Origin: Candidatus Latescibacterota bacterium
Lineage (GTDB): Bacteria; Latescibacterota; UBA2968; GCA-2709665
Assembly (NCBI GenBank): GCA_965219995.1
Contig: CBDCOX010000002.1
Span: 3,904,001-3,968,000 of the forward strand
Reading direction: 5' to 3'
Length of the DNA stretch: 64,000 nt
A program made the translations under genes and the position numbers. A model generated the notes under the pieces. That model was not told where the DNA came from. It was given only the letters and a program-made list of their open reading frames with translations, and did no database searches. Shown piece after piece: positions 9,617 through 19,892 of the stretch (position 1 is the stretch's first letter; every line of letters starts with the position of its first letter).

Positions 9617-11476
9617 ATGAACACATCACAAGACCTGGGCAACGGATTCCGCCACCACGGGGTCGCGACGGACATCGCCAACAGCCGGGGGCTCGTCGCC
9701 ACGGTGGACGGGCAGGGCCGCAACGTGGTCCTGTTGTGGCTGTACGACCATCGCGGCTGCTATGCCCTGCTGCTGATCGACGCGGAGACCGGCGCCAGCG
9801 AACAGTTCGCCCTCCCGTTTCCGCCGGGCGATGACTTCAACGCCTGTCCTTTTTCGTCAATACTCTCCAGCGGCAACCTCTTCTGCAGCCATTTCCACAG
9901 CCGTTTCCTGGCCTTCGATCCCGTCGAGCGGGCGTTTACGTTCTGGCATGAGACCGTACCGCAGATGGCCATGGCGATGACCGAAGACGACGATGGCCGC
10001 ATCTGGGCGGCCACCCATCCGGACAGCGGCGTTCTGTCTTACGATCCCCGGAACCGTGCGTTCAGGGACTACGGTCACGTCTACAAGCAGAACTGGCGGC
10101 AATACCCGCGTTCGGTCGCCGCTGACGTCGCCGGCTGGGTGTACTTCGGCATCGGCAGTACCGCCAGTCAGATCATCAGCCTGAATCCGGATTCCGGCGC
10201 CGCGGAGCCCATCCTGTCCGAAGACGAACGCGTCCAGGGCAGCGGCCACGTCTACCGCGACGTCAACGGCAAGGTCTACGGACATGCCGGGGACGGCTCC
10301 AACAACTGGTTTGAACTCTACCGGGGCGCGCGAAGTCCCGTCGGGGCGCTCGAAGATCAGAACGAGAAACCGATCGTCACGGGCAGCCAGGGACTCTTCC
10401 ACCGGGATTTCCCGGATGGCAAACGCATCGGGTCGTGCAATCTGGAAACACGCACGCTATCGGTGGAAGACCCCGATTCCGGTGAAATCCGGGAAGTCGG
10501 CTTCGAATACACGACCGAAGGCGCCCACGTAATGGGGCTTGCCGCGGCGCCCGATGGGACCGTCAGCGGGGGCACAACGTTTCCGGCGCGCTTCTTCAGC
10601 TTCGATCCCGCGGCCGACACGTGGGTCAACCGCCCTAACCTCGGCCAGTGGAACACCGTCGCGAGGCAGCTGGACCGGTTCTTCGCGGGCGCATACACCG
10701 GCGGACTCCTGCTGGAATGGGACCCCGCCGCGCCCTGGGCGCCTACCGAAAGGGACAACCCCGGATCCAATCCCCGGTTCCTGACCGATTGCAAACCCGC
10801 CATCAACCGCCCGCATACGCTGCTCGCCCATCCGGACGGAAAGACCGTCATTCTGGCCGGCACCCCCAACTACGGGCACACGGGCGGCGGGATGCTGTTC
10901 TGGGACCGGAAGACCGGATCGGGCAATCTGCTGGACCACACAGAGATTCTCCCCGATCACAGCACGATGAGCCTGATCGCCCTTCCGGACGGCGATCTAC
11001 TGGGCGGTTCCACGACCGATCCCGGGACCGGAGGCGAGCGGAAGGCGGAAGAAGCCGAACTCTACGTGATGGATGTAGATACGAAGCGGATCCTGTGGCG
11101 CGAGGCGGTCTTCCCCGGTGTGCAATCGTACACGGATCTCTGCCCGGGGTCGAACGGCGTCGTCTACGGGATTGCAGACCGGGAACGCTTTTTTGTGTTC
11201 GATCCCGACTCCAGAAAGGTCCTGCGCAGCGAAATCACCGCGGGCAGTTACGGATTGACGGCCAGACAGCAGGGCCCTCGCGTCTTCGCGACCACGCCGT
11301 CGGGCAGGGTCTACTTGCTTTTTATCAAGGGCATCGTCCGCGTAGATCCATCCGACCACAGCCTCACCCTGGTGGCAGAGTCTCCCGTGCCCGTCGGCTT
11401 CGGCGGGGACTGGCTGAACGGACGCATCTACTTCGGAAGCGGCTCCCACGTCTACAGCTACGGGGAGTGCGAATAG
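9617..11476 (+). CDS. Beta-propeller repeat protein (PQQ-like)
   Basis: Repeated blades (DGRIW, GWVYFG, GKVYG, GVVYG, GRIYFG); GAGG RBS. Confidence 0.7.
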   Translation: MNTSQDLGNGFRHHGVATDIANSRGLVATVDGQGRNVVLLWLYDHRGCYALLLIDAETGASEQFALPFPPGDDFNACPFSSILSSGNLFCSHFHSRFLAFDPVERAFTFWHETVPQMAMAMTEDDDGRIWAATHPDSGVLSYDPRNRAFRDYGHVYKQNWRQYPRSVAADVAGWVYFGIGSTASQIISLNPDSGAAEPILSEDERVQGSGHVYRDVNGKVYGHAGDGSNNWFELYRGARSPVGALEDQNEKPIVTGSQGLFHRDFPDGKRIGSCNLETRTLSVEDPDSGEIREVGFEYTTEGAHVMGLAAAPDGTVSGGTTFPARFFSFDPAADTWVNRPNLGQWNTVARQLDRFFAGAYTGGLLLEWDPAAPWAPTERDNPGSNPRFLTDCKPAINRPHTLLAHPDGKTVILAGTPNYGHTGGGMLFWDRKTGSGNLLDHTEILPDHSTMSLIALPDGDLLGGSTTDPGTGGERKAEEAELYVMDVDTKRILWREAVFPGVQSYTDLCPGSNGVVYGIADRERFFVFDPDSRKVLRSEITAGSYGLTARQQGPRVFATTPSGRVYLLFIKGIVRVDPSDHSLTLVAESPVPVGFGGDWLNGRIYFGSGSHVYSYGECE

Positions 11477-11486
11477 GGGAGGGAGG

Positions 11487-12125
11487 CTAGAATCTGAACT
11501 CCCGATCCCGGATCCGAAATCCCAGGAGCGACGCGCGTCCATTCGGGTCTACCCGGACGAGCGCTGCGAATTCGTCAGGGTGTTTCCTGATGTCTTCGAC
11601 GATCTGCCTGCGCAATCTCTCCGGCACATGATAGGTTCCGATCCCGAAGTTCACGTATTTCTCCCTGAACGATCCCCTTGCGACGGTCCGATCCGTCTCC
11701 CCGTATCCGAGGGGCTCGTCCTCCTTCCCTGTCACCACCGAATCCGCGATCCATTCTCCGGAGCTGTCCCGGCGCAGGGGAACGTGAACGGGTACCCATC
11801 GATACGCGGTCTTGCCGCGGATCACGACGTCTCCCGCCGGAACCGCTGACGGCATCTCCAATTCCGTACTTTCGACGGACCAGGTGGAATCCACCTGCAA
11901 CCGCAACGTGACGTAGACCGTCTCCCCGCGTTTGCGATGCGCTTCGGCCCGTGCAAATTCATACTCGATGCGGATGCCGGCGCCGCGCATCACGTGCTGC
12001 AGATTCGTGGCCTTCGCCGGGAGCCGGATTTCCCTTCCCGATTCCCCTCGATTCAGGGGCAGCGCGGCCAGGATGCCGATCTGCGCGAGTAGCGCGACGC
12101 CGAACCAGGCGGACCTCTTAACCAT
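11487..12125 (-). CDS. GDYXXLXY-domain-like membrane-anchored protein
   Basis: N-terminal TM, G.TVYV.L, FGI..Y.VPE, VRVD..GRA.L; the signature is degenerate (RGAGIRIEY); overlaps the DUF2157 gene, its usual partner. Confidence 0.7.
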   Translation of the reverse strand: MVKRSAWFGVALLAQIGILAALPLNRGESGREIRLPAKATNLQHVMRGAGIRIEYEFARAEAHRKRGETVYVTLRLQVDSTWSVESTELEMPSAVPAGDVVIRGKTAYRWVPVHVPLRRDSSGEWIADSVVTGKEDEPLGYGETDRTVARGSFREKYVNFGIGTYHVPERLRRQIVEDIRKHPDEFAALVRVDPNGRASLLGFRIRDREFRF

Positions 12126-13452
12126 TGTGCGCCTCTCCCTGTTTGAGATGCCTCTCAAATCGAATGCCACCCAGGATCACGCCGATGCCACAGGCGATGA
12201 ATACGAACGATTTCAGGAACAGATTCGTATCCCACTCTATGAAGGTGTGGACGATCACCCACGCCAGAATCAACAGCCCCGCCCAGTAGGACGTCCTGCG
12301 CTGGACCCGGACCGCCGAATAGAGCAGGCTCACCGCGATGGCGCCGGCGGCGATCTTGGCGGCCACCGGCAACCCGGTTGGATGCATCGCCAGCGTTCCG
12401 GCGACGAGGACGACGCCGGCCGCCAGCGTCGCGATCGAGCGGTGCCTCAAGGGAGTCCTTTCGGGCGGCGTCCTGATCACGGAGGTCCAGACGGCGACCG
12501 CCGCCAGGCCGACAAGCCCGAGAGGTACAGTCCACATCCATCCTTCCGAACGCCAGCCGTGTTTCGAGAATTCACGTGCGACCTCCTCGAACGACATCAT
12601 ATAGGCGAGCAGCAGAATCACCGTCATCCCAACCGTCCTGGCAATGGTCCCCGTCATGCGCGCGGATTGGACCCTGTCCAGCCGGAGGCCCAGTCCATAC
12701 AGGAACGTCGCGGTCGCGGCTACGGCGAGGAGCGGCGGCCATTGCTCGCCGCTGTCGAGCGCCGCGCACACGGCAAGCGCCGCGCCCGCCGCCAGGATAA
12801 CGCCGCCGAAGGCCGCGGCGCTGCGACGCATCAGAAACGGTCCGCAGACGGCGACGACCGCGAAGGGATACCAGCAAAACATGTGCGGATGGTTCGCCGT
12901 GTACCCGCAGAACCAGGCAAAGCTCGCCACACACGTCACCAACATGCAGGGCCCGCTCATCGTCGCGAAAGCGATGACCGCGGAACCGAGCGCCCAGATC
13001 CCGAAGGCGCCGTACGGTTCTCCGGTCAGGTGAAACATCTGCGCGATCAGGAAAACGTTCGCACCGAAGACCAGGGTACCCAGCACGATCAGCGCCTCTC
13101 CGAGTCTCTTGCGACTTCCCGACAACTTCCACAGGTAGAAGCCCGCAATCTCGCAGGCGAGCAGGGTTCCGACAAGAAGCGCCATTCTCCCTGGCACAGG
13201 GATCTCGTCCCACCTTGAAGCCACGAAGCTGACGGCGCCGCCGCCGATCAATACCGCGCCAATCAGATAGAGCGCCTGCACGAGCAGGCCGCCCGATCTC
13301 CCGGCAACGTCGTCCAGGCCGTAGCGTTTGGATATCGCGGCGGACTGATCCGTATCGACAACCCCGTCGTCCACCCAATCGTTCAGCTCCCGTCGAAGCA
13401 TCGAGCGGAAGGCCGGGGACACCCGCCTGCCGCCTGAATCGCTTTCGCTCAT
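12118..13452 (-). CDS. DUF2157 domain membrane protein
   Basis: L.RELNDWV.DG.V, GAVLIGGG..FVASRW..IP, FGANVFLIAQMFH; many TM helices. Confidence 0.85.
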   Translation of the reverse strand: MSESDSGGRRVSPAFRSMLRRELNDWVDDGVVDTDQSAAISKRYGLDDVAGRSGGLLVQALYLIGAVLIGGGAVSFVASRWDEIPVPGRMALLVGTLLACEIAGFYLWKLSGSRKRLGEALIVLGTLVFGANVFLIAQMFHLTGEPYGAFGIWALGSAVIAFATMSGPCMLVTCVASFAWFCGYTANHPHMFCWYPFAVVAVCGPFLMRRSAAAFGGVILAAGAALAVCAALDSGEQWPPLLAVAATATFLYGLGLRLDRVQSARMTGTIARTVGMTVILLLAYMMSFEEVAREFSKHGWRSEGWMWTVPLGLVGLAAVAVWTSVIRTPPERTPLRHRSIATLAAGVVLVAGTLAMHPTGLPVAAKIAAGAIAVSLLYSAVRVQRRTSYWAGLLILAWVIVHTFIEWDTNLFLKSFVFIACGIGVILGGIRFERHLKQGEAHNG

Positions 13453-13455
13453 TGC

Positions 13456-13866
13456 CTAATGATCCTTTCCGGAGTAGATCCACATGGGCTCCGTCCTCCC
13501 GGCCCTCGTGAACCCGCATTTCGTGTAGAAATCGATCGCTCGTCCATCCGCTATCAGCACGTGCTGGTGGAAGCCTTCATAGTTCGCCATCAGCCTTTTC
13601 ATCAACTCCGTTCCGATACCCTTCCGCTGGTATTCGGGATCCACCAGCAGGTGCGGATAATACACGACAAGATGACCGTCCGAGATGGCGTTTCCCAGCC
13701 CGACCAGCCGGCCGTCGTCCCAGGCCGTGAGCAGGGAATGCGAGTTCATCAACGCGTCGCGCAATTCCGCCGGCTTGTCTGCGGAAGACCATTCGTTGGC
13801 GGCATAGAGGCTCAGTAGCGCATCAAGTGGGACATTCCGGTTGTCGCTATATGTGATCGATGCCAT
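13456..13866 (-). CDS. GNAT family N-acetyltransferase
   Basis: LLVDPEYQRKGIGTELM (motif A), FYTKCGF. Confidence 0.9.
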   Translation of the reverse strand: MASITYSDNRNVPLDALLSLYAANEWSSADKPAELRDALMNSHSLLTAWDDGRLVGLGNAISDGHLVVYYPHLLVDPEYQRKGIGTELMKRLMANYEGFHQHVLIADGRAIDFYTKCGFTRAGRTEPMWIYSGKDH

Positions 13867-14866
13867 CGGATCTCCATTGCATCATATTTCTCATCTGGTC
13901 GACCCGATCGCTTACGAATCCCGCGATGCCGTCGCGCAGGCCCGGGTTGTCCCGGCGGCCGGCCATCCAGACGGCGATCTTCAGTCGGTCTGCGATCAGA
14001 AAGGAGGTCAGCGTTGGCTCGTGGCCGGCATCGAGGGGGCGTACGCCTCTGTATCCGTGAAGAAACGCGGCGCGCAGCGAGGCGAAATCCTTCCGGCTGA
14101 CCAGGGGGCCGAGGGTAGCACCCATATCGCCGAGGTAGTAACCCCATCCGCAGTCGTCAAAGTCCAAAGCACGCGCTTCGCCCTTCAGGAATACGTAGTT
14201 CATCTGGTGCAGATCGCCGTGTATCAGACCGAAGACGGACGGGCCCTCTCCCAACCGCTCCATTGCGCGGCGCGTGATCGATTCTGCCCGGTCAACGATG
14301 GCCTTTCTTGCGGGATCGAGTATTGCTTTCGCATGGGCGATCGTTCCACAGTAGACACCGCCGAGCAGACCCCCGGCGTCCCAGCGGATGCGCGTGAAGC
14401 CGGGCGGGGGGACGAAACCCTCTGCGTGACAGTGCAATCTGCCCACGAGGCGGCCGACCCTTTCAAGATGTCGCCCGGTCAGGACGTGCTGGCTGACAAA
14501 GCGTCCCTTCACCCAGCGAAACAGCGCGCAGACTCTCGGTTTCGGGATCCCCGGCGCCGAGGCGACCGTCAGCAGACTCCCTTCCCGATCCGCAACCGGC
14601 GCGGGCACAACGAGGTCCGTCTCCCGGGCAATCGCATCCAGCCACATCAGCTCCGACCGGAAGAGCGCCAGATCCCTGTGCCCCGGCCGGTTGACGCGCA
14701 GGACGTATCGGCAGCCCCCGGCCCGAACCAGGAACGTGGCGTTGTGCCGGTGTTGTATTGGCCGAAGCGTAAAATCACCCAGGTCGTAGGACGCCAGCGC
14801 CTCGAACGCGAGGCGACGAAGGCGGCGAAGCTGGCCCCTGTACGTGAGATCCTCAAATGGTGTCAA
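13847..14866 (-). CDS. APH/homoserine-kinase-like phosphotransferase
   Basis: LIHGDLHQMN, LDFDDCG motifs. Confidence 0.88.
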   Translation of the reverse strand: MTPFEDLTYRGQLRRLRRLAFEALASYDLGDFTLRPIQHRHNATFLVRAGGCRYVLRVNRPGHRDLALFRSELMWLDAIARETDLVVPAPVADREGSLLTVASAPGIPKPRVCALFRWVKGRFVSQHVLTGRHLERVGRLVGRLHCHAEGFVPPPGFTRIRWDAGGLLGGVYCGTIAHAKAILDPARKAIVDRAESITRRAMERLGEGPSVFGLIHGDLHQMNYVFLKGEARALDFDDCGWGYYLGDMGATLGPLVSRKDFASLRAAFLHGYRGVRPLDAGHEPTLTSFLIADRLKIAVWMAGRRDNPGLRDGIAGFVSDRVDQMRNMMQWRSDGIDHI

Positions 14867-14981
14867 GTATTCGGATTCCCTCCCGCCTCGAGAGAAGACC
14901 TCCAGGCCGTCGGCGTCTATCGATTGGGCCCACCTTGCCGAGATTTACGCTGAGTCCGGAAAGCCTGACGTGGCGTCCGCT

Positions 14982-17435
14982 TTATTCGCATTTCAAAGAA
15001 GCGACCGGATTCGCAGAGGCTGGCTTCATCGCGTGATAACCTACCGTTGCGGTTGCTATGAGCAACACAGCGCAGCCACCCCATACAAAGGGCTCCGGAT
15101 TGAGATCGACGCGATAGGCGAATCGCTGCAGCCAATTCGATGCAAGATAATATGCAAGCGGCCAGGCGATCGCGTTGGCAACGACCACCCATTTTAGAGA
15201 TGCCCTGCCGAGCAACACGACGATAGACGCAACAGATGCTCCCGAAACCTTTCTGATACCGATTTCTCTTGTCCGTTGCTCGGCAGTAAACGAGGCAAGG
15301 CCCATCAGCCCCAGACATGCGACGAAGATCGCGAGAAATGCTCCGGTTGCGAACATCTGTCCATGCCGAATTTCCCTTCGATACAGTGAATCGATCCGTT
15401 CATTGAGGAAGTGATAATTGAAAGGTCGTTCCGGCACAAACCGCTTCCAGGTTGCCTTGATAAAACCCAAAGTTTCGGATAGCTCTTCCGTTCGAACCTT
15501 CAATGACAGAAACCTCAATCTGACAGGGGATACCGATAAGACAACGGGCTCAATCCGGCGCCGCAAATCCAGATGAAAGTCTTCGATCACACCGATGACC
15601 CGTCCTTGCGACAAATGTCCCTGTCCACTCAACGACTTGCCTACCGGATCTTCCCATCCCAGGCGCCTGGCTGTCGTTTCCGTGATGATATAGCTGATCT
15701 CTGAGTTTCCACGCCAGCTCTTTGCGTCTTTATCCGAAAACGACCTGCCCGCGACAAGCCTTAAATCGAAAAATCCTATGAAATCCACGTCCACATCAAA
15801 CATCCGAACTTCAATCTCTCTGTCGTTTTCTGTCTTCAGAGTCGGCGCATAACTTCCGCTTCGAAGCCTGCCGGGGATTCCGCGCGAGGCTGTCGCCATT
15901 AAGACATTGGGATGTTTAAGAAATTCCCGCTTTACGATATCGTATTTTTTCGACAGGGCGCTCTTTTCCGCGATCATCAGCTGAGTATTATCGAAAATAG
16001 GCATGACCAACACATGATCATCATCGAATCCCAGGTCTTTATTGTCAATGAATTCCAATTGTCGATACGCGACGATCGTACAGATTATTAACAGCGTGGC
16101 GATCGAGAACTGTGAAACAACGAGTGATCGTCTGCACCAGACGGCACCCAAACCGGTCTTCGAAACTCCTCGTAAAGCGGCCGCCGGATGAAAGCCCGAC
16201 ATAAAAAAAGCAGGATAGCTGCCCGACAGTAATCCTGCAAAGAGGGCAATTCCAATCAGCCAGGCTGGCACCGTCGAATTCCTGATCAGATTCAGAGACA
16301 AACCGCCGCCAACGAACATCGTAAAGTAGGGCAATGACAGCGCAGCAATGAACAACGCGAGCAATATGGCAATGCCCGACAGAAAAACAGACTCGCCCAG
16401 GAATTGTAAAATCAGTTGATGCCGCTTCGCCCCTACTACCTTTCGCATCCCGATTTCTCGAATGCGATTTGTGGCGCGTGCCGTTGCGAGATTCATAAAG
16501 TTGATACATGCGATGACCAGAACAAAGGCCCCGATCGCAATCAATAGATACAGACCCTGTATATCGCCCCTTCCGCCTTGATGGTATCCAAAATCAACAC
16601 CTGAATAGAGGTGAATCCGTGTCAGCGGTTGAAGATGATAGAGATTCCTTGTGCCCTTATGTTCGCCCCTGTCATCACCCAGATATCTGGCGAGTGCATC
16701 GGGCAGTTTACGCTCAATTTCCGATGCGGAGAATCCTTCCGCAAGCCGCACATACGTGTGTGCGGGGGTCGTGATTCCGGATTTCTTCCAGACGTCCCAG
16801 AGTTGCTCCCTGCGAATGTAATCTGTCGGAGTCGCCGTAATGAAGTCAAATCTGAAATGAGAATTGGAGGGCATGTCCGCCAGAACGCCCGTGATTTTCA
16901 GGTCCACCCTCCCAAAGTACAGGCGTTCTGTCGTAATGGTCTTCCCAATCGGGTTCTCACGCCCGAAGTATTTCTGCGCCATTTCCTGAGTGAGCACAAC
17001 GGATGACGGTTCTGAAAGAACGGATTCAGGGTCACCGGACACGACTTCGATGCCGAAAAATTCCAGGATGTTCTCATCCGCGAGACAAAACCTCTGTCTG
17101 AATCCGGTGTCTCCGGAACTCACCCAACTGGCGACAGCCCAGAATCGCGTTGCATCTTCCACTTCTTCGAAATCTTCGCGCAGCGCCGAGGCCAGGGCGC
17201 CTTTCTGACCTGCTGACCATTGAATGCGTCCACTCGGCCACCGCGTTTCTCTCAGAATTCTGTAGACTCGGTCCGATTGCGGTCGAAACCCATCAAAGCT
17301 CAATTCAGATTGCACATAGAGTGCGATCATCAGCGCAGGGGCCATGCCAAGGGCTAACCCAATAATGATGATAAGAGTATATTTCGTGTTTCTTCCCAGG
17401 TTTCGAATTGCAAGGATGAAATGGTTCTTGAACAT
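14982..17435 (-). CDS. ABC transporter permease (duplicated MacB/FtsX type)
   Basis: MFKNHF..AIRNL, INFMNLATARA..R.REIGMRKVVGA, EQRTREIGIRKV.GAS, ANPVASLK; visibly more AT-rich than flanks; no ATPase gene adjacent. Confidence 0.92.
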   Translation of the reverse strand: MFKNHFILAIRNLGRNTKYTLIIIIGLALGMAPALMIALYVQSELSFDGFRPQSDRVYRILRETRWPSGRIQWSAGQKGALASALREDFEEVEDATRFWAVASWVSSGDTGFRQRFCLADENILEFFGIEVVSGDPESVLSEPSSVVLTQEMAQKYFGRENPIGKTITTERLYFGRVDLKITGVLADMPSNSHFRFDFITATPTDYIRREQLWDVWKKSGITTPAHTYVRLAEGFSASEIERKLPDALARYLGDDRGEHKGTRNLYHLQPLTRIHLYSGVDFGYHQGGRGDIQGLYLLIAIGAFVLVIACINFMNLATARATNRIREIGMRKVVGAKRHQLILQFLGESVFLSGIAILLALFIAALSLPYFTMFVGGGLSLNLIRNSTVPAWLIGIALFAGLLSGSYPAFFMSGFHPAAALRGVSKTGLGAVWCRRSLVVSQFSIATLLIICTIVAYRQLEFIDNKDLGFDDDHVLVMPIFDNTQLMIAEKSALSKKYDIVKREFLKHPNVLMATASRGIPGRLRSGSYAPTLKTENDREIEVRMFDVDVDFIGFFDLRLVAGRSFSDKDAKSWRGNSEISYIITETTARRLGWEDPVGKSLSGQGHLSQGRVIGVIEDFHLDLRRRIEPVVLSVSPVRLRFLSLKVRTEELSETLGFIKATWKRFVPERPFNYHFLNERIDSLYRREIRHGQMFATGAFLAIFVACLGLMGLASFTAEQRTREIGIRKVSGASVASIVVLLGRASLKWVVVANAIAWPLAYYLASNWLQRFAYRVDLNPEPFVWGGCAVLLIATATVGYHAMKPASANPVASLKCE

Positions 17436-17480
17436 ATCGTCCTGTCAGCAATCATGCAGGCCTGTGCGGTGTTCAGACCA

Positions 17481-18245
17481 TCAAAGCCTGATACAGGCAT
17501 CTATTGCCAACCGCAAAAGCGCCTCTCTGGCAGAGTTCTCTCTACCCATTTCTCTGGGATCCCACTCCGTGCTGCTGACGTCGTCCGATCCGTACAATAC
17601 CTGCGCCAACTGTACGCCGCGGAAACGGGCGACCGCAAAGAACGCTGCCGCCTCCATTTCAACTGTGACACACCCTTCGCTGCGTCGTTTCGCGACCTTT
17701 GACCGGGTCTCCCGATAGAATGCGTCCGTTGTCCACGTCTTGCCTTCCACGTAGCAGCATCCGTGTTCATCGAGGGACACCCTGATCGCGTCGAGGGCTT
17801 TCGGCGTCGGTTTGACTTCACGGGCCGGCGGCAGGTAGTGGTAGGATGTACCTTCGTCCCGCAAGGCGGACGTCGGGACAACGATATGTCCGCTCGCTAT
17901 CGACTGATCGAGGACTCCGGCGCTTCCGCACACGATAAATTTTCGGCCGCCGCGAGCAATGATTTCCTCGAGACAACCCGCGGCGAGCGGGGCGCCGACC
18001 GCACCGGCAAGAATCGCCAGACTCTGCTCGTCATGTGTGCCTGAATAGACGGGAATCTCGCCCATGACACACTTGACCGGGCGCAATGGCCGGAGATCAA
18101 GTCGTTGTTTCGCCTGTTCGATTGTCTTTGGAAAGTAGCAGACGACGCAGCGCTCGGGAACGTCTCGATGTTTGATTGCTTTCGACGGCTCGATGACGGC
18201 TTCCCGTTCCTCGTCGAACTCAAGAATTGGAAATGAAGTCGGCAT
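17481..18245 (-). CDS. Nucleoside phosphorylase (PNP/UDP family)
   Basis: GAPLAA, CGSAG, RDEGTSYHY, WTTDAFYRET, VEMEAAA. Confidence 0.9.
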   Translation of the reverse strand: MPTSFPILEFDEEREAVIEPSKAIKHRDVPERCVVCYFPKTIEQAKQRLDLRPLRPVKCVMGEIPVYSGTHDEQSLAILAGAVGAPLAAGCLEEIIARGGRKFIVCGSAGVLDQSIASGHIVVPTSALRDEGTSYHYLPPAREVKPTPKALDAIRVSLDEHGCCYVEGKTWTTDAFYRETRSKVAKRRSEGCVTVEMEAAAFFAVARFRGVQLAQVLYGSDDVSSTEWDPREMGRENSAREALLRLAIDACIRL

Positions 18246-18367
18246 ATCTGGCGCGGTCCTGTTGACTTCTGCGTGTGTTGAATTCTTGCGTCAACTCCAC
18301 TGTATCGGCGCTCGCGTTATCCGCCGCTGCGTTTGCGGATGGCGGAAATGTCAATGCCGGCCCGGCG

Positions 18368-19006
18368 TCACTCTCCGAGGCGTTTCAATATCGCGCTGGC
18401 GACCTGATCTGCCAGACGCTCGGAACCCTCTTGTGTGAAGTGCACGTTTTGCGGCAGCTGAATATCCTTCAGTCGCGGCAGAGCGAAGGCATAGAGATCG
18501 TTGACCGTAATGCCAGACTGGTTGACAATCTCCATGGCGGCGGCGTTGTACACCGCTGCGTCTCCCTGCTTTCGGCCGTTTGCGCCCGCCGGAACGGGCG
18601 TCGTTGTCGCCCAGATCAACTTTGCACGCGTCGCCTTCAGCCTCTCCACCAGCGTACCCAGGTTTTCCCTGTACTGTTCGATGGACGTCAACGGACCACC
18701 GCCGTTCGGGTCGTCGAGTCTGCCCTCGGCATCCACATATTTCAGGTCGTGCAGACCCCAGTTGAAATGGATGACGTCCCATTTCCGGTTGCCCAGCCAT
18801 TCGTCCATTTGCGCCTGCCCCCGGCTCGTCGGTCCGCAATTGTCAGCCGGGCGGTGGACGTTCGCTCTGCCTGCAAGGCGTTCCCGGGTTGGAATCGTAT
18901 ACCCCATCGAGATCGAGTCTCCGATCAGGAGCACGTCCGGCAGGCTCGGGTCTCCGGTTATCTCGACAAATGAAGGATGGCGTTCGGCGGCGTTCGTATT
19001 CCGCAT
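18368..19006 (-). CDS. SGNH/GDSL hydrolase
   Basis: LIGDSIS, NWGLHD, NVHF motifs. Confidence 0.9.
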   Translation of the reverse strand: MRNTNAAERHPSFVEITGDPSLPDVLLIGDSISMGYTIPTRERLAGRANVHRPADNCGPTSRGQAQMDEWLGNRKWDVIHFNWGLHDLKYVDAEGRLDDPNGGGPLTSIEQYRENLGTLVERLKATRAKLIWATTTPVPAGANGRKQGDAAVYNAAAMEIVNQSGITVNDLYAFALPRLKDIQLPQNVHFTQEGSERLADQVASAILKRLGE

Positions 19007-19052
19007 CTGGATCCCCCTGGCGTGAATTCGACCGAAAAGCATAAAACACAGC

Positions 19053-19086
19053 GTACACGGATGGACAGGATGTGCAGGATAAAGAC
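19053..19086. repeat. 9-nt periodic tandem array (GGACAGGAT type)
   Basis: acacggatggacaggatgtgcaggataaagacc; similar array at 45812-45847. Confidence 0.6.
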
Positions 19087-19159
19087 CAGCAGCAGTAAAC
19101 CGCGTGAATCGCGTCGGCCGTACATGAGATTCCGGCTCCCGTATCCAGGTCGGATCGCG

Positions 19160-19813
19160 TCAGTTATAATGCCGGATTTTTGGATCTCTGAATCGAGCAA
19201 CCGTACGGTGCCCCCAGGTGCCCAGCGCAACCGCTCCGTTCGGATTCGTTTCGAGCGTCAACCGGTTGACGAGTTCACCATTTACATAGGTGGTAACGGA
19301 ATGTCCTCGAACTGCCACAACAAGATCGTATTCCCGTCCTTGCTCGAGCGCCAGGTTGACAACGTCGAGCTTGGTGACGCCGCGTTTACCGCGCTCGTAG
19401 GCGCTGATCGCCAGCGCCTTCCAGCCGCCGAGATAATCGACCATATACTCCCGGCTCTCGTCGGTTATGCCGAAGCGGATCTGCACGTTGGCGCCCCTTA
19501 CCGGCGTAACCTGGACCTTGAACTCATAGTGTGACCAGGAACTGTCTCCCTGGACGAGTCTGGTGGCTGCATCCTGTCCACCCGCTCTCGCGATTATCGT
19601 GTCACCTTCCCGGGACCACACCTTTTCGTCTCCTGGCCTCCAGCCCTCCAGTCCGTCTCCCGTCAGCATCGACTCCCAATGGATCCTGCCCGTCATGCCG
19701 CCAATCCGGGAGCGGCCGTAATCTTCCTCCGATCCCGGCTGTTCATCCGCGGCTTCCGGTGACACGATGGATAGCAGGAAATAAGTCAGAATGAAATATG
19801 CGGACATTGTCAT
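19160..19813 (-). CDS. DUF1080 (3-keto-disaccharide hydrolase-like) secreted protein
   Basis: Signal-like N-terminus; L.GW, W....DTI, VRG....YVNG, G.VAL, RFRD.KIR pattern. Confidence 0.72.
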   Translation of the reverse strand: MTMSAYFILTYFLLSIVSPEAADEQPGSEEDYGRSRIGGMTGRIHWESMLTGDGLEGWRPGDEKVWSREGDTIIARAGGQDAATRLVQGDSSWSHYEFKVQVTPVRGANVQIRFGITDESREYMVDYLGGWKALAISAYERGKRGVTKLDVVNLALEQGREYDLVVAVRGHSVTTYVNGELVNRLTLETNPNGAVALGTWGHRTVARFRDPKIRHYN

Positions 19814-19892
19814 AGACTTCCCTCCGGGTTGATATTGGCTCGGTGGCAGGCGGACGGACTTCGTACAAATGGGCCCGGCAGTGTTTTCTTTT

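Noticed and set aside
11932-13218. Long + strand ORF (428 aa) and many similar long antisense ORFs (e.g. 1410-3140, 33656-35083, 50521-52338, 52919-54526)
   Set aside because: These are shadow frames of high-GC genes: Arg/Pro/Gly-rich or antisense-typical composition, no motifs, and fully overlapping well-supported genes.
13847-14866. Bona fide aminoglycoside resistance genes (APH, AAC(3), GNAT, NTase)
   Set aside because: Only superfamily-level motifs are present; substrate specificity cannot be assigned from sequence.
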